Assembly: GCA_963845565.1 (NCBI GenBank)
Contig: CAWJSJ010000002.1
Location: forward strand, 1,344,001-1,408,000
DNA from: an uncultured Methylomirabilota bacterium
GTDB lineage: Bacteria > Methylomirabilota > Methylomirabilia > Methylomirabilales > 2-02-FULL-66-22
Direction of reading: 5' to 3'
DNA: 64,000 nucleotides
Below are positions 1-10,253 of the stretch, one piece after another. A program made the position numbers and the translations under genes. The notes beneath the pieces are model-generated. The model worked only from the letters and a program-made list of their open reading frames with translations. It was not told where the DNA came from and searched no databases. How positions within the stretch are numbered: the first letter of the stretch is position 1; each line of letters begins with the position of its first letter.

Positions 1-720
1 GTGGTCACCCTCGTGGTCTGGGAGGTTGTCGGGCGGATCATGGGGGAGGCGCTCTTCGCCCCGGCCTCAGTGGTCGTCAAGGAATATCTGGAGCTCCTCC
101 GAGACGGGACGATGCTGGCAGAGCTATTGGGATCGCTACAGCAGATGCTGGTGGGCTTCGGCCTGGCCTGCGTCGTCGGCATGCCGCTCGGGATCGCCAT
201 GGGCCGATCCAGAGCGTGCGACGTCCTCTTCCATCCCTGGGTCAGCATGTTCGTGGTGATCTCGGTGGCGGCGCTGGTACCGCTCTTCATCCTGCTCTTC
301 GGCAGCGGTTTCGCGTTCCGGGTGGCCATCGTCTTCATGGCGTCGGCTTGGTACATCGTGCTCACGACCTACCACGGCGCCCGGGGTGTGGAGCCGCGGT
401 TTCTGGACGTGGCGCGCTCCTTCGCGGCCTCCCGCGGGGCCGTATTTTGGAAGGTCCTTATGCCGGCCCTGTACCCGTATTTGATCACGGGTGCCCGGAT
501 CGGCCTGGTGCACGCGATTCGCGCGATGGTCGTGGCCGAGATGTACGTCATCGTGGGCTACGGTGGCCTAATTCACAAGACTGGCCTCAATATGAGTACG
601 GCACCACTACTTGGCCTCTTGATCACGCTGATGATGGTGAGCCTGCTGGCCAATACGGGCCTCTACGTGGCCGGCCGGCGGATGGCGCCGTGGTACGAGG
701 AGCGCCGGGCAGGCTGCTGA
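1..720 (+). CDS. ABC transporter permease, NitT/TauT/SsuC family (5' partial)
   Basis: Hydrophobic TM segments, EAA-like loop (DVARSFAAS), adjacent SBP and ATPase; TGA stop lies within repeat A copy 1. Confidence 0.9.
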   Translation: MVTLVVWEVVGRIMGEALFAPASVVVKEYLELLRDGTMLAELLGSLQQMLVGFGLACVVGMPLGIAMGRSRACDVLFHPWVSMFVVISVAALVPLFILLFGSGFAFRVAIVFMASAWYIVLTTYHGARGVEPRFLDVARSFAASRGAVFWKVLMPALYPYLITGARIGLVHAIRAMVVAEMYVIVGYGGLIHKTGLNMSTAPLLGLLITLMMVSLLANTGLYVAGRRMAPWYEERRAGC

Positions 721-833
721 AAACGGCCCATCTGCGGCGTTGGAACGCTTGAGCACTCGCTGCGGCGTACCAGGAGTACGCCTCACTCAGCTCTACGCGT
801 TCCGCCTTGCAGCTGGACCGTTTTGAGCAGCCT
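710..833 (+). repeat. Palindromic MITE-like repeat family A, copy 1
   Basis: caggctgctgaaaacggccca...tggaccgttttgagcagcct; aligns to five other copies. Confidence 0.9.
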
Positions 834-915
834 CATCGTAGAACAGCATTTCGGTTGTGCGTTAGAACCCGAGCAGCCGTGCGGACAACGAGACAGCGGG
901 GAAGGAGGATTGGCC

Positions 916-1974
916 ATGAGCGTAACGCGACGTGAAGCTCTGAAGGTCCTGGCGCTGGGCGCTGGGGCGGGCGCAATCAGTGGGGGTTTCCTGGGGGCAG
1001 CGGCCGGCCGGCCGGCGTGGGCGCAGGCCGGGCGCGTGTTGGACATCCCCGTCGTCGGCTTCACCCTGGGGATCCACGTTCCCTCCATGGCGGCCATGAA
1101 GGAGATCTTGCCGACCCTGCCGGGCAATGCGGCCGCCAAGACGACCCGGTTCGCCTCGCAGCGCGTCATCACCCAGACCATCGTGTCGGGGTCGGGGGAC
1201 ATCGGGGCGGGCGACCCGATCATCACACTACGCGCGGCCGAGGCCGGCGCGGATGTGAAGATCATCGGCCTGGTCTTCAACAGCACCAGCCTGGTGTTCG
1301 TGGTCAACGGCAACAAGGTCAAGCAGCTCCAGGATCTGCAGAAGCCGGAAATAGTGGTGGCGGTTAACTCCAAGGGGGACTTCACGCACGTGCTATTGGT
1401 GGGGCCGCTCCTCAAGCGGGGGGTGGACCTCGGCAAGGTGACAGTGGTCGAGATCGGCGGCTCCGGCGCCCGGACAAAGGCCCTCCTGGCCGGCCGGGTG
1501 GACGCGGTTCCGGTGCACTTCGACCAGGCCTTCGACATCGCGAAGCAGGGGAACTTTCCCGTCCTCCTCGATCCGGCGAAGGAGTACAAGGCATGGTTCG
1601 GCGAGGTCTACTTCGCCACCAGCGACTGGCTGAAGAAGCCGGAGAACAAGAGGGCCGCGGTGGACCTCCTCAAGGCGAACCTCATGGCCTTCCGCAAGGC
1701 CAGCAGCGACTACGCCTGGTTTGCCGCGCAATACCGGAAGCACTCGACGGTAGAGAAGGCCGCCGAGCAGGGAGACGATGTGATCAAGCCGGTCTGGGAG
1801 GTCCTCGTGAAGCAGGTGAATGCCTTCCCGGGCAACATGGACACCTTCACCGTGCAGAACTTCAAGGACCTGATTCCGGTGTACAAGGCCGCCGAATCAC
1901 TGGAGGGCAAGGTGGACGTCGCGAAGATCGTGGATCGGACCTACCTCGACCAAGCTCTGAAGGAGCTGAACTGA
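916..1974 (+). CDS. ABC substrate-binding protein, NMT1/SsuA-like, Tat signal
   Basis: AGGAGG before ATG 916; TRREALK twin-arginine motif; RTKALLAGRVDA. Confidence 0.88.
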   Translation: MSVTRREALKVLALGAGAGAISGGFLGAAAGRPAWAQAGRVLDIPVVGFTLGIHVPSMAAMKEILPTLPGNAAAKTTRFASQRVITQTIVSGSGDIGAGDPIITLRAAEAGADVKIIGLVFNSTSLVFVVNGNKVKQLQDLQKPEIVVAVNSKGDFTHVLLVGPLLKRGVDLGKVTVVEIGGSGARTKALLAGRVDAVPVHFDQAFDIAKQGNFPVLLDPAKEYKAWFGEVYFATSDWLKKPENKRAAVDLLKANLMAFRKASSDYAWFAAQYRKHSTVEKAAEQGDDVIKPVWEVLVKQVNAFPGNMDTFTVQNFKDLIPVYKAAESLEGKVDVAKIVDRTYLDQALKELN

Positions 1975-1977
1975 TCC

Positions 1978-2781
1978 ATGGGCTCCGCCAAGCTGGAAGT
2001 GCGCAACGTCAGCAAGAGCTTCCGCCAGCCCGACGGCCAGCTCATGCCTGTGGTCGAGGCGTTCTCGCTCCAGGTCCCGAACCTGGAGTTCCTGGCCCTG
2101 CTGGGACCCAGCGGGTGCGGGAAGTCCACGCTGCTCCGGATGATCGACGGGCTGATGTCCTGCGATACAGGCTCCATCCACCTGGATGGCGAGGATATCA
2201 CCGGTCTGCCGGGGAAGGGGCGGGGGATGGTCTTCCAGACCTTCGACCTCTTTCCCTGGCGGACGGCGCTGGGCAACGTGGAGTTCGGCCTGGAAGTCCA
2301 GGGCGTCTCGAATCCGGAGCGGAGGGAACGGGCGCGGCGGTACCTTGGCCTCGTCGGGCTCCAGGGGTTCGAAGGCTCCTACCCGCATCAACTCAGCGGC
2401 GGGATGCAGCAACGGGTCGGAATCGCCCGCGCCTTCGCCATCCGGCCCGAGGTCCTCTTGATGGACGAGCCCTTCGGGGCCCTGGACGTGCAGACGCGCG
2501 ACATTCTGCAGGACGAGCTCCTGCACATCTGGGAGCAGGACCAGAAGACCGTCCTCTTCGTGACCCACGGCATCGAGGAGGCGATCTACCTGGCCGATCG
2601 GATCATCGTATTCAGCCCGCGCCCGGCTCGGATCGTCCGGGAGATCCGCGTGCCCTTCGCCCGCCCGCGCCGGGAGGAGATGAAGACCGACCCCGCCTTC
2701 CTGGAGCTGCGGCGCCAGATCTGGGCCGTCCTGAAGCAGGGAGCCGGAGGGGCCACGACATTGAGAGAGGACCCCGCATGA
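1978..2781 (+). CDS. ABC transporter ATP-binding protein, TauB/SsuB-like
   Basis: GPSGCGKST, LSGGMQQR, LLMDEPFGALD, FVTH. Confidence 0.95.
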   Translation: MGSAKLEVRNVSKSFRQPDGQLMPVVEAFSLQVPNLEFLALLGPSGCGKSTLLRMIDGLMSCDTGSIHLDGEDITGLPGKGRGMVFQTFDLFPWRTALGNVEFGLEVQGVSNPERRERARRYLGLVGLQGFEGSYPHQLSGGMQQRVGIARAFAIRPEVLLMDEPFGALDVQTRDILQDELLHIWEQDQKTVLFVTHGIEEAIYLADRIIVFSPRPARIVREIRVPFARPRREEMKTDPAFLELRRQIWAVLKQGAGGATTLREDPA

Positions 2782-2801
2782 ACAAGCGCGCCATCGGATG
2801 A

Positions 2802-3119
2802 ATGCCTGTCGCCAGAACGACGGGGCCGACGCGCTGTTCGTGTCGGATTATGCCTGGGCCTAACGCGCTAACGTCCCAGGGGTACGATGTCCGTTCCATC
2901 TTGTCCATACCCGTCTCCCCACCGGCAGGCACCCCCAGGGAGATTGTCAACATCCTGTCCGCCGCCGCCAAGAAGGCGGCGGAGACAGATGAGTTTAAGA
3001 CGAAAACCGCTGCCGTCGGCGCCACCCCGCGCTACATGGGTCCTGATGAGCTAGGTTCCTATTGGGACGAGATGGAGGTTGAGCTGCGAGGGCTCATCGG
3101 GATGGTCAGGCAGCCGTAA
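2802..3119 (+). pseudogene. C-terminal remnant of a TctC/Bug tripartite tricarboxylate receptor
   Basis: PAGTPREIVNILSAAAKKA...MGPDEL resembles the Bug C-terminus; N-terminal two thirds absent. Confidence 0.65.
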
Positions 3120-3214
3120 AGAGGGGGGCGAGGGCCGCGAATTTTGCTATCGTCCATGTTCCGCGCCTTCGCGCTCTATGCGACGGGGCGCCGGAGTAGA
3201 ATTGCGCGGGAGGA

Positions 3215-4060
3215 ATGCTCATGCCGACAGCACACGTGAACGGGGTGGAGCTTTACTGGGAGGCGACCGGCGACGGTGCCCCGTTGGTCTGGGTCCACGA
3301 GTACGGCGGCGACTTGCGTTCCTGGGAGCCGCAGGTTCGGTACTTCGCCCGGCGGTTTCGCGTGGTTACGTACAATCACCGCGGGTACCCGCCGTCCACG
3401 GTCCCACACGCCGCCTGCGACTACTCCCAAGCCCTCCTGGTCGAGGATCTCCATCAGTTACTAACGCACCTCGGTTTGGGTCCGGTGCACCTCGGCGGGT
3501 GCTCGATGGGGGCCAACGTCGCCAGGGACTTTGCCCTTGACCACGCGGCGATGACCCGGAGCCTGATCCTCGTCGGCGCCGGCGCCGGCGCCGTCAACCG
3601 AGAGCAGTTTCTGCAGGCGCAGGCGGCAACCGCCGCCGGGCTCGAGCGGGAGGGCCTCGCGGCCCGAGTCCGCGCCTTCGACAGCGTGCCGACCCGAGCC
3701 TCCTTCAAGGAGAAGGACCCCCGGGGCTTCGCCGAGTTCCTGCGCCAGGCGGGGGAGCATGACGCCCAGGCGTGTGCCCATCTGGCGCGCGAGGTGATGG
3801 CCAAGCGCAAGACCATTTTCGAGTTGGAGGCCGAGTTGAAGGCCCTGCGCGTCCCCACCCTGATCCTGGTGGGTGACCGCGATGCCCCGTGTGTCGAACC
3901 CTCACTGGTGATGCGTGGATGGATCCCACACGCCGGACTGGTCCTCTTTCCGGCCTGCGGCCACACGCCGAATCTCGAAGAGCCGGGACTCTTCAATCTC
4001 CACGTCGCCGAGTTCCTCGCCGCGGTCGAGAGCGGGCGCTGGGCTGGCTGGTCCCGTTGA
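3215..4060 (+). CDS. Alpha/beta-fold hydrolase
   Basis: HEYGG oxyanion loop, GCSMG elbow, GDRD and GH motifs. Confidence 0.9.
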   Translation: MLMPTAHVNGVELYWEATGDGAPLVWVHEYGGDLRSWEPQVRYFARRFRVVTYNHRGYPPSTVPHAACDYSQALLVEDLHQLLTHLGLGPVHLGGCSMGANVARDFALDHAAMTRSLILVGAGAGAVNREQFLQAQAATAAGLEREGLAARVRAFDSVPTRASFKEKDPRGFAEFLRQAGEHDAQACAHLAREVMAKRKTIFELEAELKALRVPTLILVGDRDAPCVEPSLVMRGWIPHAGLVLFPACGHTPNLEEPGLFNLHVAEFLAAVESGRWAGWSR

Positions 4061-4268
4061 GGCCGGCGCGCTCTCAGCGGCCCGGATGATTCCGGCGTGA
4101 GGTATCACGTGCGGCATACGGACCGAGGCAACGGGAAACGAACACCATGACGGCCGGTATGCCTCGAGGCGACGCAACCGGTGACGGCGTCCGCCATCGC
4201 AATATGGGCCGCCGCCGGTACTGCCCCCCGCCTCTTTCGGGCCCACCGGGCCGCGCCCGGGGTCCGGC

Positions 4269-4880
4269 TTATACGCCCGTCCGCGTGTCCGCCACCGTGC
4301 GCGACTCGACGGAGAACCACAGGAAATCCACCGTGGTCCCTGCGTCTCCCGGCGACTGCGCGAGCAGGCCGACTCGCACCGTGCGGGGAAGTGGCAGGTG
4401 GAACCGTCGCACCTTTCGCCAGGTCTTCCCGTCCAGCGCATACTGCATTCCGATGACGTCGCCGGTCCGGCAGATCTGGAGCCAGACGTCAGGGGCCCTC
4501 AGGTCCACGCCGTTGGCATCGTCGGAGAGGCCCCGGGTCACCACGCTGATGGCGGCCGTCGTCCCGAAGTTCGTGCTCTCGAAACAGAGCTTGGCCCACC
4601 GCTCCTCATCTTGGCGGACCAGGATCCCACCCGCGTCGTACCGCCCGGCGAACGCGGGACGGGCGTGCAGCCGGGCGACGAAATCGCCGGTGACATCCCT
4701 CCAGAGGTAGGGCCCGTTGTCCTTGGTTTTCTCTCCCGCCGGGTCCCGGAAATAGTCTGTGCCTGCGGGAACGGCCACCCGGATCCCGCCACCCGGCAAG
4801 GGCACCCAACGCAGCAGATGCTCCCAGGCGAACCCGTGCGCAGCCAACGTCTCTTCGGTGAGGCCCTCAAGCAAGTTCAT
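4269..4880 (-). CDS. DUF1349 (REE1-like, concanavalin-fold) protein
   Basis: TDYF, YDAGG, WAKLCFE, SVVTRGLSDD, VGLLAQSP; AGGAG upstream. Confidence 0.8.
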   Translation of the reverse strand: MNLLEGLTEETLAAHGFAWEHLLRWVPLPGGGIRVAVPAGTDYFRDPAGEKTKDNGPYLWRDVTGDFVARLHARPAFAGRYDAGGILVRQDEERWAKLCFESTNFGTTAAISVVTRGLSDDANGVDLRAPDVWLQICRTGDVIGMQYALDGKTWRKVRRFHLPLPRTVRVGLLAQSPGDAGTTVDFLWFSVESRTVADTRTGV

Positions 4881-4896
4881 CGGATCTCCTTCGTGA

Positions 4897-5004
4897 CTAA
4901 GCCGTTGTCAAAGAATAACTTGACCGGAGATATTTCGGGAACGGCATAAGGAGCCGAAACGAAATTGTAAAACAATGGACAAGTAATTTCGTAACGGCTC
5001 CTAA
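4897..5004 (+). repeat. MITE-like repeat family B, copy 1
   Basis: ctaagccgttgtcaaa...ggagccgaaacgaaat...atttcgtaacggctcctaa; AT-rich; five other copies. Confidence 0.88.
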
Positions 5005-5205
5005 CGGGATGATTCTCGGTGAAGGCCAAGGTTGTTCATCGCCAGAATCTCTGTGCCGGGTGGTGCGAGAGGGGGCGCACGCGGCGGTGATCAGCGTGGT
5101 TTGTATGTACGCCGCCGGCGCGACCCTGTCAAGGACGTGGCACAAACAGTGCCATGTCATGGGCACGAAGAGGTGAGCGATGGTCCCCGCTGGATCACAT
5201 TTGCC

Positions 5206-5235
5206 TTGACGTTACAATGTCATGACATTTATATT
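5206..5235 (+). promoter_or_regulatory. Sigma70-like promoter with palindromic operator (probable GntR autoregulatory site)
   Basis: TTGACG-18 nt-TATATT; perfect palindrome AATGTCATGACATT (5216-5229) in the spacer. Confidence 0.7.
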
Positions 5236-5263
5236 TCCTCCCGCGAGTCGGGGAGGATCTACC

Positions 5264-6026
5264 GTGCACCCAGCCGAGAAGTTCGTGCCGAACTACTTCC
5301 GCCTCGAAAGCCATCTCCGCGAGAGCATCCGCAATGGCGATCTGAAGCCCGGCAATCCCATTCCGCCCGAATCCCATCTCTGCCAGCAATTCAGCGTCAG
5401 CCGAACGACCGTCCGGCAGGCCCTCTCCCGTCTCGTGTACGACGGCCTCATCGATCGCCATCGCGGGCGCGGCAGCTTCGTGGCGGAGCCGCGCCTCGAA
5501 CACAGCAAGACCCTTCCTGAGCTTCGAGGAGGAGATGCGGGCGCGCGGCGCGACGCACGGGCATCAAGCTGCTCGACATGCGGACGGAGCCGGCCGAGGG
5601 AAAGGTCGCCGAGAACTTGGGGCTGCCCGCGGGGACGCCGGTGATGGTCCTGGAGCGGCTGCGCTTCGTGAACGGCCAGGTTGTCGGCTACGAGATCCGG
5701 TACCTGCCCGGGCAGATCGGAGAGGCGCTCACGCCCGACGAGATCCACAACCAGCCCCTGGTGCCGGCGCTCCGTCGCATCCTGGGCAAGCCGCGGACCC
5801 GGCTGAGCCTGCAATGTGACCGCCTCGACGGCGCGCGGGACAGGAGGCCAGAGTGCTGGAGACAAAGGTCGGTGCGCCGGTCCTGGTCCGAGAGCATACC
5901 TGGTACTTCGAGCCGGAAGGGCCGATGCAGTACGGCAAGTCCATCTTCCGGGGCGACCGGTATCAGATGTCCGTGGACTTCACGGCAGCGCCGCACGGAG
6001 CAGGCGAGCGCAGAAGGCGGCAATGA
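5264..6026 (+). CDS. GntR-family regulator with UTRA domain (HutC subfamily), three apparent frameshifts
   Basis: PPESHLCQQFSVSRTTVRQAL...RGRGSFV HTH; UTRA pieces in other frames (breaks ~5515, ~5815, ~5840). Confidence 0.85.
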
Positions 6027-6072
6027 ATGAGCGGCGTCCGACGCAGGATGCGTGCGAAGGAGGAGCGCATTC

Positions 6073-7104
6073 ATGAAGGCCATGAAGTTTCCAGAGGCGG
6101 GGAAGGCCGAGATCGTGGACGTGCCGGTGCCGACCCTGGGACCCGGAGAAGTGCTCGTCCGGGTGAAGGCCGCGGGGATCTGTGCCAGCGACGTGGCGGC
6201 CTTCAAGGGGACGCACAACTTTCGACGACCGCCGGTGATCACGGGTCACGAGTTGGCGGGGGAGATCGTCACGCTCGGGCCGGATGTCCCGGGTTGTCGG
6301 ACGGGCGACCGGGTCGCGCTGGAGCCGCACGTGGGCTGCGGGCACTGCGCCTATTGCCGGGAGGATAACTACCACGAGTGTCCCGAGAAGCGCTTCGTGG
6401 GGGTGGGGGAATGGATCGGGGCGTTCGCGGAATACCTTGTGGCGACGGAAAGCATGTGCCACCCGATCCCGGCCCGGATGCCGTTCGAGGAGGCTGCGAT
6501 GCTGGAGCCCTTCTGCGTGGGCTTGCACGCCGTGCGGCGGGCCGATCTCCGGATGGGTGAAACCGTGGCGATTCTCGGCGTGGGGACCATCGGGATGATG
6601 ACCCTCCTCGCCGCGCGGTGCAGCGGGCCCGGCTGGACCGTCGTGACGGACCTGAGCGCGGCCAAGCGGGACTTGGCCCTCCGTTGCGGGGCCGATGTCG
6701 CCCTCGATCCGGCGCGGGAAGACCCGGCGGCGGCTATCCTCAAGGCCACCGGAGGCCGGGGCGTAGATGTCGTCTTCGTGGCGGCAGCGGCCCCGGGCAC
6801 GCTGGAGCAGGCCGTCAACGTCTGCCGGCGGATGGGGCGCCTGGTGATCATCGCCTCGTTCTTCACGGGGGGCGGGGTGGAGGCCCGGCTCGTCCAGCAG
6901 CGCGAACAAACCATCCTGGGCACCTCGATGTACACGGGGGTGGACTACCGGCTGGCGATCCGGCTGTGGGAGCAGGGGCGCCTGGATCCATTTCCGTCCC
7001 TGGTCTCGGAGCGCATCCGGCTGGAGCAGGCGCCGGAAGCGGTTGCGGCCCTGGCCGCCGGACGGTTGCCCGACAACATCAAGACGATCATCCGGTTCGA
7101 CTAA
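6073..7104 (+). CDS. Zn-dependent alcohol/polyol dehydrogenase (MDR family)
   Basis: GICASD, GHE, CGHCAYC-x7-C, GVGTIG. Confidence 0.93.
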   Translation: MKAMKFPEAGKAEIVDVPVPTLGPGEVLVRVKAAGICASDVAAFKGTHNFRRPPVITGHELAGEIVTLGPDVPGCRTGDRVALEPHVGCGHCAYCREDNYHECPEKRFVGVGEWIGAFAEYLVATESMCHPIPARMPFEEAAMLEPFCVGLHAVRRADLRMGETVAILGVGTIGMMTLLAARCSGPGWTVVTDLSAAKRDLALRCGADVALDPAREDPAAAILKATGGRGVDVVFVAAAAPGTLEQAVNVCRRMGRLVIIASFFTGGGVEARLVQQREQTILGTSMYTGVDYRLAIRLWEQGRLDPFPSLVSERIRLEQAPEAVAALAAGRLPDNIKTIIRFD

Positions 7105-7232
7105 CAGACGAAAGCGACAGCGACAGGGACAGAAATAGGGACAGAGGAAAAGACAGCGACAGCGACAGGGACAGCAGCAGAAGAGACGGGGGCCGCGGGA
7201 GGGCCGCTGTCGCTGTCGGATCTCGCTGTCGG
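7105..7232. repeat. Hexamer-period (gacagc/gacagg) intergenic repeat with inverted arm
   Basis: gcgacagcgacagggacag...gctgtcgctgtcgg; related copy at 61095-61213. Confidence 0.75.
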
Positions 7233-7245
7233 GAATGGAGAAGCC

Positions 7246-7938
7246 ATGCGTATTGTTGACCTGACCATGGAACTGGAAGACAACATGTCCACCCACCCGG
7301 CGCACGCGCGCTGCGTGGTGCTGGAATTCGCGAACCACGCCGGGACGGCGCCGCGCTTCACGCCTCCGTGCCAGGGGTTTGCCTCGCGCGTCCTGATGTT
7401 CTCCGATCACATCGGAACCCACGTGGACTCACCCTTCCATTTCATCCCCACGGCGGGTACCATCGAATCGATCCCGCTGGAGCAATTCATCGGGCCCGCC
7501 GTGTGCCTGGACGTCTCGGCCAAGCGACCCGACGAGCCGGCCACTCCGCAGATGTTCGAAGCGGCAGAGCGGACGGCGGGCGTCCGGGTGCAGCGGGGCG
7601 ACATCCTGCTCTTCCGGGCCTGGCCGGGCCACCACACCGAGGCCGGTTTCCTGCGCTGCGCCGGGATGAACCGGGCCGCGGCCGAGTGGGCGGCGTCGCG
7701 CGGGGTGAAAGTCGTGGGGTGCGACCTGGCCAGCCCCGACGATCCCAAGGACATGGTCCGTCCCGTCCACCTGACCCTTCTGGGACAAGGCATCCTGATC
7801 ATGGAGCACATCGCCAACCTGGAGACGCTCCCCGGACCGCGATTCCAGTTCGTCGGGCTTCCGCTGCGGGTCAAGGGTGCCACCGGGTCGCCCATCCGGG
7901 CCGTCGCCATCTTCGAGGATAAAGGAGGCAAGGCATGA
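7246..7938 (+). CDS. Cyclase family (kynurenine formamidase-like) metallohydrolase
   Basis: HIGTHVDSPFH and GSPIRAVA. Confidence 0.92.
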   Translation: MRIVDLTMELEDNMSTHPAHARCVVLEFANHAGTAPRFTPPCQGFASRVLMFSDHIGTHVDSPFHFIPTAGTIESIPLEQFIGPAVCLDVSAKRPDEPATPQMFEAAERTAGVRVQRGDILLFRAWPGHHTEAGFLRCAGMNRAAAEWAASRGVKVVGCDLASPDDPKDMVRPVHLTLLGQGILIMEHIANLETLPGPRFQFVGLPLRVKGATGSPIRAVAIFEDKGGKA

Positions 7939-8934
7939 GCAAGCCGGCTGTTGCCGTGACCATGGGCGATCCCGCCGGCATCAGCCCGGAAATCGTCGCC
8001 CGCGCCCTGGCCGAGCCGGAGGTCCGCACGGCGTGCCGCCCGGTGGTCGTCGGCGACCCGCGCATCCTATTCCGGGCCATGGAGCTGGTGAAGGGCGGCC
8101 TGGTCGTCCGGACGGTGGCCTCGCCGCAAGGGGCTGGGTCCGATCCGGGAACCTTGGACGTGATTCCGGCTGGCGAGTTGCCCCCGGACGCCTTGAAGCC
8201 CGGCACGCTGGACGCCCGCTGGGGCGAGGCCGCGGCCGCCTGCTGTCGCAAAGCCGTTGACCTGGCCAAGGCCGGGGACGTCGCCGGCATCACCTCGGCC
8301 CCCTTCAACAAGGAGGCCTTCCACCTGGCCGGCTACCAGGCCATGGACGACATGACCTACTACGAGGAGTGCTTCGCTAAAGGCGTGGCCTACCAGGTGG
8401 GCGAGGTGGCCGGGATCTGGACGACACCGGTCACCTTCCACGTGGCGTTCCGCGCCATCCCGGATCTCATCACCCAGGAGGCCGTCCTGGCCAAGATCCG
8501 GAGCCTGGCCAAGGTCCTGAAGGCCGCCCAGGTGCAGTCCCGCCAAGATCGGCGTGGTGGCCCTCAATGTCCACTGCGGCGAGGGCGGGATGTTCGGCCG
8601 AGAGGAGATCGACATCATCACCCCCGCCATCCAGCAGGCCAAGGCCGAGGGCTTCAACGTGGCGGGCCCCCTCCCCCCGGACAGCGCCTTCCCGCTGGCC
8701 CTCCGGGGCGACTATCAGGGGCTCGTCCTGATGTACCACGACCAGGCCAACATCGGCCGGAAGATCATCGGGCGCGACCAGCCGGGCGTGAGCCTGTTCC
8801 TGGGGATGCCCGTCCCGGTGGTGACGACGCCCCACGGCACGGCCTACGACGTCGCCTGGAAGGGGATCGCGAAACACAACATGCTGGCGCGCGCCATCAC
8901 CATGGCGGCGGCGCTGGCGGGCAAGGGGTTGTGA
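7935..8934 (+). CDS. Divergent PdxA-family oxidative decarboxylase (frameshift ~8540)
   Basis: TMGDPAGISPEI, APFNKEA, ALNVHCGE, MYHDQ, HGTAYD. Confidence 0.85.
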
Positions 8935-9038
8935 GTGGTAGGTTGCCCGGAGGACAGAGCGAAGTCATCAGTTGACTGCGAACTGGAAGCGGGTAGCAGG
9001 CGAAGTTCAGGGGTGCCCACACGGAGGAGGAGACGGCC

Positions 9039-10028
9039 ATGAAGCGTGGAATCGTTCTTGGGGCTATGGCGGCAATCGTGATCGTGCTCTGTGCGGCGGG
9101 ACCGGTCCCGGCCCAGCAGCCGATCGTGATCAAGCTCGGAAACGTGCAGGCGACAGGGGACATCGTCCAGACCGGGTTGAAGAAATTCGCCGACCTGGTG
9201 GGTGAGCGGACCAAGGGGCAGGTTCAAGTCCAAGTATTTCCCGCCTCGCAGCTCGGCACGGAGCAGGAACTTTTGGAGGGCGTGCAGCTCGGGACCGTGC
9301 ATATGTTCGAGGGAAGCACGGGGTCCGTCGGTCGCTTTTTGCCCGACCTGGAGGCCTTCGCCGCGCCGTACATCTGGCGGGATACCGATCACATGCTGAA
9401 AGCCGTGCGAGGGCCGATCGGGCAGGGCCTGGCCGATCGCCTGGTGAAAGCCAAGGGCATCCGCGTGCTCGATTTCGGCTGGCTCTTCGGCAACCGGTAC
9501 CTCACCACCAAGGCCAAGGCGATCAACCGGCCTGAGGATCTCAAGGGGATGAAGATCCGCGTGCAGCCCACCGCGATCTACCTGGAGACGATCAAGGCCA
9601 TGGGGGCCAATCCGACGACGATGGACTTCAAGGAGGTCTATCTCGGGCTGCAGAGCGGCGTGATCGACGGCCAGGAGAATCCGCCGTTCGTCATCTTCAA
9701 CAACAAGTTGTTCGAGGTGCAGAAGTACGTGATGCTGACGGCCCACATCACGCAGAACCAGGCGGTGGTCATCAACGACAAGTTCTACCAGGGTCTGTCG
9801 CCGGAGCATCGAAAGATTCTGACCGAGGCGGCCTACGAGGCCGGCAACTTCCAGAACGACCTCATCCTGAAGAGCGAGCAGGAGTACCTGGACAAACTGA
9901 AGAGCGCCGGGATGACCATCGTCCAGCCCGACGTGAAGGCCTTCCGCGAGGCGACCAAGGACGTCCACAAGAAGGTCTCCGAGAAGTGGGAGCCGGGGCT
10001 GTACGAGAAGATCCAGGCGGTGAAGTAG
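9039..10028 (+). CDS. dctP: TRAP transporter substrate-binding protein
   Basis: Signal peptide; DLKGMKIRV, EVYLGLQSGVIDGQENP. Confidence 0.95.
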   Translation: MKRGIVLGAMAAIVIVLCAAGPVPAQQPIVIKLGNVQATGDIVQTGLKKFADLVGERTKGQVQVQVFPASQLGTEQELLEGVQLGTVHMFEGSTGSVGRFLPDLEAFAAPYIWRDTDHMLKAVRGPIGQGLADRLVKAKGIRVLDFGWLFGNRYLTTKAKAINRPEDLKGMKIRVQPTAIYLETIKAMGANPTTMDFKEVYLGLQSGVIDGQENPPFVIFNNKLFEVQKYVMLTAHITQNQAVVINDKFYQGLSPEHRKILTEAAYEAGNFQNDLILKSEQEYLDKLKSAGMTIVQPDVKAFREATKDVHKKVSEKWEPGLYEKIQAVK

Positions 10029-10200
10029 AACAGCGGCAGCGATTAGCCATCAGCCATCAAACCCTCGTGGTCGGCGGACCGAGAGGGATCAGGCGTCGCC
10101 GGTGCACCGTGACACCGCACCCATCCTGGCGGATGGGTACCCGGTTCGCCCACCACCACGTGTTCTCGCGATGCAGGCGGGAATGGCTACTGTTCGGGTA

Positions 10201-10241
10201 AGCCCGGATTATTCGCGAATCCTTCGCGAATAATCCGGGCT
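10201..10241. repeat. Perfect 19-bp inverted repeat with 3-nt spacer
   Basis: agcccggattattcgcgaa-tcc-ttcgcgaataatccgggct. Confidence 0.9.
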
Positions 10242-10253
10242 AGGGCTACGGCC

